Source of the DNA: Ranitomeya imitator
Lineage: Eukaryota
Length of the DNA stretch: 64,000 nt
Assembly: GCF_032444005.1 (NCBI RefSeq)
Contig: NC_091285.1
Location: forward strand, 666,128,001 to 666,192,000
Reading direction: 5' to 3'
Part shown: positions 59,801-64,000 of the stretch, piece after piece
Layout: each line of letters opens with the position of its first letter
Position numbering within the stretch: the first letter of the stretch is position 1
Notes under the pieces: model-generated
The model's input: the letters and a program-made list of their open reading frames with translations, nothing else
Databases searched by the model: none
Told to the model about the DNA's origin: nothing
Translations under genes and position numbers: made by a program

Positions 59801-62800
59801 CAGAGGGACGTGGGGTGGACAGAGGAGAGCGGGGAGGGCAGAGGTATGCGGGGAGGGTAAAGGGGACAGAGGGACGCGGGGAGGGTAGAGGGGAGCGGGG
59901 ACAGAGGGACGCGGGGTGGGCAGAGGATCGGGGACAGAGGGATGTGGGGTGGACATAGGGACGCGGGGACAGAGGGGAGCAGGGACAGAGGGACGTGGGG
60001 TGGACAGAGGGAAGCGGGGACAAAGGGACGTGGGGTGGACAGAGGAGAGCGGGGACAGAGGGAAGTGGGGTGGACAGAGGGGAGCGGGGACAGAGGGAAG
60101 TGGGGTGGACAGAGTGGAGCGGGGACAGAGGGAAGTGGGGTGGACAGAGGGGAGCGGGGACAGAGGGAAGTGGGGTGGACAGAGGATCGGGGACAGAGGG
60201 ACGTGGGGTGGACAGAGGAGAGCGGGGAGGGCAGAGGTATGCGGGGAGGGTAAAGGGGACAGAGGGACGCGGGGAGGGTAGAGGGGAGCGGGGACAGAGG
60301 GATGCGGGGTGGGCAGAGGATCGGGGACAGAGGGACGCGGGGTGGTCAGAGGATCGGGGACAGAGGGACGTGGGGTGGACAGAGGGACGCGGGGACAGAG
60401 GGGAGCAGGGACAGAGGGACGTGGGGTGGACAGAGGGAAGCGGGGACAAAGGGACGTGGGGTGGACAGAGGTGAGCGGGGACAGAGGGACGTGGGGTGGA
60501 CAGAGGGAAGCGGGGACAAAGTCGACGTGGGGTGGACAGAGGGAAGCGGGGACAAAGTCGACGTGGGGTGGACAGAGGAGAGCGGGGACAGAGGGAAGTG
60601 GGGTGGACAGAGGGGAGCGGAGACAGAGGGAAGTGGGGTGGACAGAGGGGAGCGGGGACAGAGGGAAGTGGGGTGGACAGAGGATCGGCGACAGAGGGAC
60701 GTGGGGTGGACAGAGGAGAGCGGGGAGGGCAGAGGTATGCGGGGAGGGTAAAGGGGACAGAGGGACGCGGGGAGGGTAGAGGGGAGCGGGGACAGAGGGA
60801 TGCGGGGTGGGCAGAGGATCGGGGACAGAGGGATGCGGGGTGGGCAGAGGATCGGGGACAGAGGGACGCGGGGTGGGCAGAGGATCGGGGACAGAGGGAC
60901 GTGGGGTGGACAGAGGGAAGCGGGGACAAAGGGACGTGGGGTGGACAGAGGTGAGCGGGGACAGAGGGACGTGGGGTGGACAGAGGGGAGCGGGGACAGA
61001 GGGAAGTGGGGTGGACAGAGGGCAGATGGACACGGGGTGGAAAGAGGGGAGCGGGGAGGACAGAGGGGAACGGGGAGGACAGAGGGACGCGGGGTGGACA
61101 GACAGGAGCGGGGAAAGAGGGACGCGGGGTGGCCAGAGGGATGCGGGAACAAAGGGACACAGGGTGGGCAGAGGGACACCTTCCAGGACAACCCCTTTAA
61201 GAATACATATAAAAGTTTTCACTAATTAGCCCAACATGGACTTTCCTGTTTCTCTCATTGCAGAGTTGTCAGCGGTCCTGGAGAAGCAGCAACCTCTTGG
61301 ACCCCATTATATTCGGCTCCCCCATTGCTGACTCCTGCTCACCATTTGGCAACATCGCAGACATTGTTTTGATGTCGGGGCCATTACGTGGACTGCGGCA
61401 CCGCCCAACAGTGAGGAGAAGAACAAGGGTCTGTATATAAGGCTATTCTCTTCTAAGATGTGTAGTATATGTGTAGTAGAGCTTTTCCCGTTCCGCATTT
61501 AGGGGGTCTCTATTTGGTGGAAGTCACACAATTTTGGATATGCCATAGGTCCATAGGTTTGGGTAATGTGCCATCTAGTTGGCCGCGTCTTCTGCATGAC
61601 AAGTGCGCCTTGTAGATGACCAGAGAGTCCACAGACATTAATTCACTGGTGCTCCGTTACATGGACGGGTTCTGCTATATTGATGAAAATACTTTTATGC
61701 TCAAAAATGACAGAAGGAGTGATAATTCTTCTGATTAGCAAAGAAAGGTGTCACTCCTAGAAGACTTTTGTCATTTTTTGGACATAAAAGAATTTACATG
61801 GATTTTTCTGGCCACCACAACATCATTCTTATTGCACTATATTGGAAATTTAAAGGGATCGATGGCTTGCAATCCTTATGGCGAATTGGCTCCCTCTGAT
61901 GTCATTGTGTGGTATTACATAGGAGTTGATCATTGCAATATCTATCCCTTGCTGTTGGGCAACTTGGGAACTACAACTCCCAGGCTGCCCGGGCATGCGG
62001 GACCCACATATAACCACATCCTTACCATAGAGAAGCTGGCACAGGCTTGCTCCAGCAGTCCCACCAGCCCGGCCTCTGTGAAATATTTCCCGGCACAGAT
62101 CCCCTCCTCATCTGGTGACACGACATCGTCCGACACGGCCGACTCCTCCAGCACATTGGAGGAGATGCTCTGCGGGGATACGAGGCAGACCGGTATATAA
62201 CATATACACGCCGACACCGGATGCCCCCTCATCGTAATAGTCACAGTACCTGGAAACTGACGCAGCCCACGGGCAGGTGCCTGGCGTCCTCAATCATGCT
62301 GAGATACTCCGACACCAGCGCGGCTCCGTGGACCAGGCAGTGAGCCGCCTCGGCGTGGTTCCCACGCTCTGTGTGCTTGGCGGCCATGTTCTGGAGCCAG
62401 GTCAGACGCAGATCCGGGGAGTTCTGGTAGCCTTTAGCGATCCTGAATTATAAATGTAACATGAAGTATAATAAATATATTATTCTCCCCTTCTAATACT
62501 GTATGTACTGACCTGGAGGGCCCTAGAGAAGAAGCTGAGCAATACAAGCACTGATGGCAATTTTGCCTTATAGGAGTGGGTGTCTACAGCCGTAGCTTAC
62601 TTGTGGTCTCCTGACATGCCGCAAATCTGGTTAGTGCACCTATATATCGTAACGGGACCCAGATAGGAGCACAGTGACTACTGAAGTGTGGACTGGATTA
62701 CTGGTACAGGCCCAAAGCCTGAGGCTGCACTACTGAGACTGAGGATCACACATGGAGTACATGGCCGCCAAGTCCTCTCACCGGTACATGAGATCCAACA

Positions 62801-63168
62801 GCATCTCCGGATCCTCCTGGTGTTCCTTCATCTTCACCGTATCCGTCAGGATCATGTGAAGATTAAACACCAGATCTTGGACCTGGAAAGCAAAAAAATA
62901 AATAAAGCAGATGACTGTTTACGTACCAAAACAGCGCCACCCTTGTCCATGGTGGTGTCAGGTAATGCTACAGCATGGTGCGGTGAGTCTATGTGGCCGG
63001 GGGCATTACCTGCTCCGGGAATGTGGTGTCTCTCAGCTCCAGATCCTCCTCCGAGTAAGTCAGGATAGTCTTCAGGGATCGCCGCAGATACTCTTCATTA
63101 AATTTCTGGGAGGTCCCCACTAGGGAGGACAGTGACATGGTCACCTGCATCTTCACACGGGCGAAGTT
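50854..63168 (-). CDS. DOCK6: Dedicator of cytokinesis 6-like, 3' part (13 coding exons, 552 aa, DHR-2 GEF domain). The gene continues beyond 64000.
   Basis: All exons have AG/GT boundaries and consistent phases, 1659 nt in total including the stop. DOCK6-type residues versus DOCK7, recalled from the human proteins: [72 protein letters not shown]. Other positions are DOCK7-like, so the paralog call is less certain than the family call. Confidence 0.85.
50995..51162 (-). CDS. DOCK6: DOCK6 exon CEDALRKNK...PHTSAR (168 nt)
   Basis: Acceptor tttttag, donor gtatgc, phase 2/2. Confidence 0.92.
51887..51993 (-). CDS. DOCK6: DOCK6 exon [10 protein letters not shown]...DFTKR (107 nt)
   Basis: Acceptor tccccag, donor gtgagg, phase 0/2. 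Confidence 0.93.
52114..52257 (-). CDS. DOCK6: DOCK6 exon [13 protein letters not shown]...GCVGTTVNQ (144 nt)
   Basis: Acceptor tttctag, donor gtaatt. It includes the DHR-2 nucleotide-sensor loop. Confidence 0.93.
52380..52760. repeat. 25-bp intronic tandem repeat, decaying toward higher coordinates
   Basis: Unit agcatgaggagcaaaggatgacccc. Confidence 0.85.
52823..53059 (-). CDS. DOCK6: DOCK6 exon [13 protein letters not shown]...LHREE (237 nt)
   Basis: Acceptor ccaccag, donor gtaatg. Confidence 0.94.
53426..53515 (-). CDS. DOCK6: DOCK6 exon EFYTEQFG...KLDPNK (90 nt)
   Basis: Acceptor atttcag, donor gtgagc. Confidence 0.93.
53639..53764 (-). CDS. DOCK6: DOCK6 exon [13 protein letters not shown]...SHRLE (126 nt)
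   Basis: Acceptor gcacag, donor gtatgg. Confidence 0.92.
53832..55380 (-). mobile_element. Tc1/mariner transposon, degenerate, intronic, with an internal duplication
   Basis: Terminal repeat cagcggtgtgaaaaaagtgatt and aatcactttttcacacagcg. Transposase pieces at 54591-55160 and 54364-54594 carry [15 protein letters not shown] (D to N) and an in-frame stop. Confidence 0.88.
56544..56558 (-). CDS. DOCK6: DOCK6 15-nt microexon ITSWE
   Basis: Context tttcccctttgctcccgggcag|ATCACAAGCTGGGAG|gtagga. It supplies the xxxWE pentapeptide expected between ..NQ and RMFGTY (human DOCK6 SSGWE, DOCK7 STGWE, from memory). Confidence 0.82.
56730..58830. repeat. 27/26-bp intronic minisatellite, about 75 copies
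   Basis: Units gctagagcccaaagaccatgtgtacgc and gctagagcccaaagagcatggtacgt. Confidence 0.97.
59297..59428 (-). CDS. DOCK6: DOCK6 exon [12 protein letters not shown]...FNKITNQ (132 nt)
   Basis: Acceptor tcttcag, donor gtgggg. It is not in the ORF track and was translated by hand. Confidence 0.92.
59590..61175. repeat. G-rich intronic minisatellite of about 35 bp
   Basis: Unit ggggacagagggacgtggggtggacagaggggagc with variants and higher-order duplications. Confidence 0.95.
62026..62169 (-). CDS. DOCK6: DOCK6 exon [10 protein letters not shown]...ASFSM (144 nt)
   Basis: Acceptor cccgcag, donor gtaagg. Confidence 0.93.
62250..62442 (-). CDS. DOCK6: DOCK6 exon [16 protein letters not shown]...GCVSFQ (193 nt)
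   Basis: Acceptor aattcag, donor gtactg, phase 2/0. Confidence 0.93.
62782..62882 (-). CDS. DOCK6: DOCK6 exon [14 protein letters not shown]...LMYR (101 nt)
   Basis: Acceptor tttccag, donor gtgaga, phase 0/2. Confidence 0.93.
63010..63168 (-). CDS. DOCK6: DOCK6 exon [10 protein letters not shown]...DTTFPEQ (159 nt)
   Basis: Acceptor ggatcag, donor gtaatg, phase 0/0. Confidence 0.93.
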
Positions 63169-63321
63169 CTGATCCAAAATAATTAAAAAGAAAAAAAAAA
63201 AAAATTCTATTAAAGAGCCAGAGATAAAAAATGTTTGTGATTTCTGCTGCCCCCTTGTGGGAATAACTATTACAAGCAAAGAACAAGTAATGTGACGGAA
63301 TCTTAGAAATTATCCCTTTAA

Positions 63322-64000
63322 CCCCTTTACCCCCAAGGGTGGTTTGCACGTCAATGACCAGGCCAATTTTTACAATTCTGACCACTGTCCCTTTATGAGG
63401 TTATAACTCCGAAACGCTTCAACGGATCCTGGTGATTCTGACATTGTTTTCTCGTGACATATTGTACTTCATGATAGTGGTAAAATTTCTTTGATAGTAC
63501 CTGCGTTTGTGAAAAAAACGGAAATTTGGCGAAAATTTTGAAAATTTCGCAATTTTCAAACTTTGAATTTTTATGCAATTAAATCACAGAGATATGTCAC
63601 ACAAAATACTTAATAAGTAACATTTCCCACATGTCTCCTTTACATCAGCATAATTTTGGAACCAATTTTTTTTTTTGTTAGGGAGTTATAAGGGTTAAAA
63701 GTTGACCAGCAATTTCTCATTTTTACAACACCATTTTTTTTTTGGGACCACGTCTCATTTGAAGTCATTTTGAGGGGTCTATATGATAGAAAATGCCCAA
63801 GTGTGACACCATTCTAAAAACTTCACCCCTCAAGGTGCTCAAAACCACATTCAAGAAGTTTATTAACCCTTCAGGTGTTTAATAGGAATTTTTGGAATGT
63901 TTAAATAAAAATGAACATTTAACTTTTTTACACAAAAAATTTACTTCAGCTCCAATTTGTTTTATTTTACCAAGGGTAACAGGAGAAAATGGACCCCAAA
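63322..64000. mobile_element. Non-autonomous TTAA-site (piggyBac-like) DNA transposon, running off the window
   Basis: TTAA|cccctttacccc start at 63318-63333, followed by an AT-rich non-coding body. Only one end is visible. Confidence 0.55.

Noticed and set aside
41146-61200. Composite transposon bounded by matching aggggttgtcc/ggacaacccct TIRs with TTAA, spanning DOCK6 exons
   Set aside because: The left terminus has its own partner at about 43871. These are ends of separate high-copy MITEs.
56605-61229. Repeat-rich intronic ORFs ([18 protein letters not shown], Pro-rich and Gly/Arg-rich)
   Set aside because: They are translations of the 27-bp and about 35-bp minisatellites inside DOCK6 introns.
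61680-61735. C/D-box snoRNA (TGATGA...CTGA)
   Set aside because: It is antisense to the host gene, too short, and lacks a terminal stem.
50854-63168. DOCK7 or DOCK8 assignment, and a nested ANGPTL3/8 gene
   Set aside because: The diagnostic residues favour DOCK6, though DOCK7 is not fully excluded without a phylogeny. No ANGPTL-like exons were seen, and in mammals they lie in more 5' introns.

Overview
Repeat-dense vertebrate genomic DNA, probably anuran (frog). The taxon is inferred from the transposon families and no database search was run. The only supportable cellular gene is the 3' part of a DOCK-C subfamily guanine-nucleotide exchange factor, best matching DOCK6, on the minus strand. 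I assembled 13 GT-AG coding exons between 63168 and the stop at 50854. They give 552 aa in one open frame covering the DHR-2 catalytic domain. One of them is a 15-nt microexon (ITSWE, 56544-56558) that the ORF track misses. The rest of the window is about 25 kb of minisatellite or low-complexity arrays plus transposons: five Tc1/mariner copies or fragments (one DD38E), a Helitron, an RTE-X-like LINE with an open RT frame, L2 remnants, two LTRs of one family, and Harbinger, piggyBac and Kolobok-type MITEs. Two three-level nested insertions are present. The most unusual non-coding signal is a degenerate minimal hammerhead ribozyme fold at 23352-23398, of the kind carried by Penelope-like elements. 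The very long ORFs in the track (10.5-15.8 kb, 37-39.7 kb, 46.7-48.4 kb, 56.6-61.2 kb) are artefacts of tandem repeats. I found no CRISPR array, tRNA or rRNA, and no convincing wholly new system.
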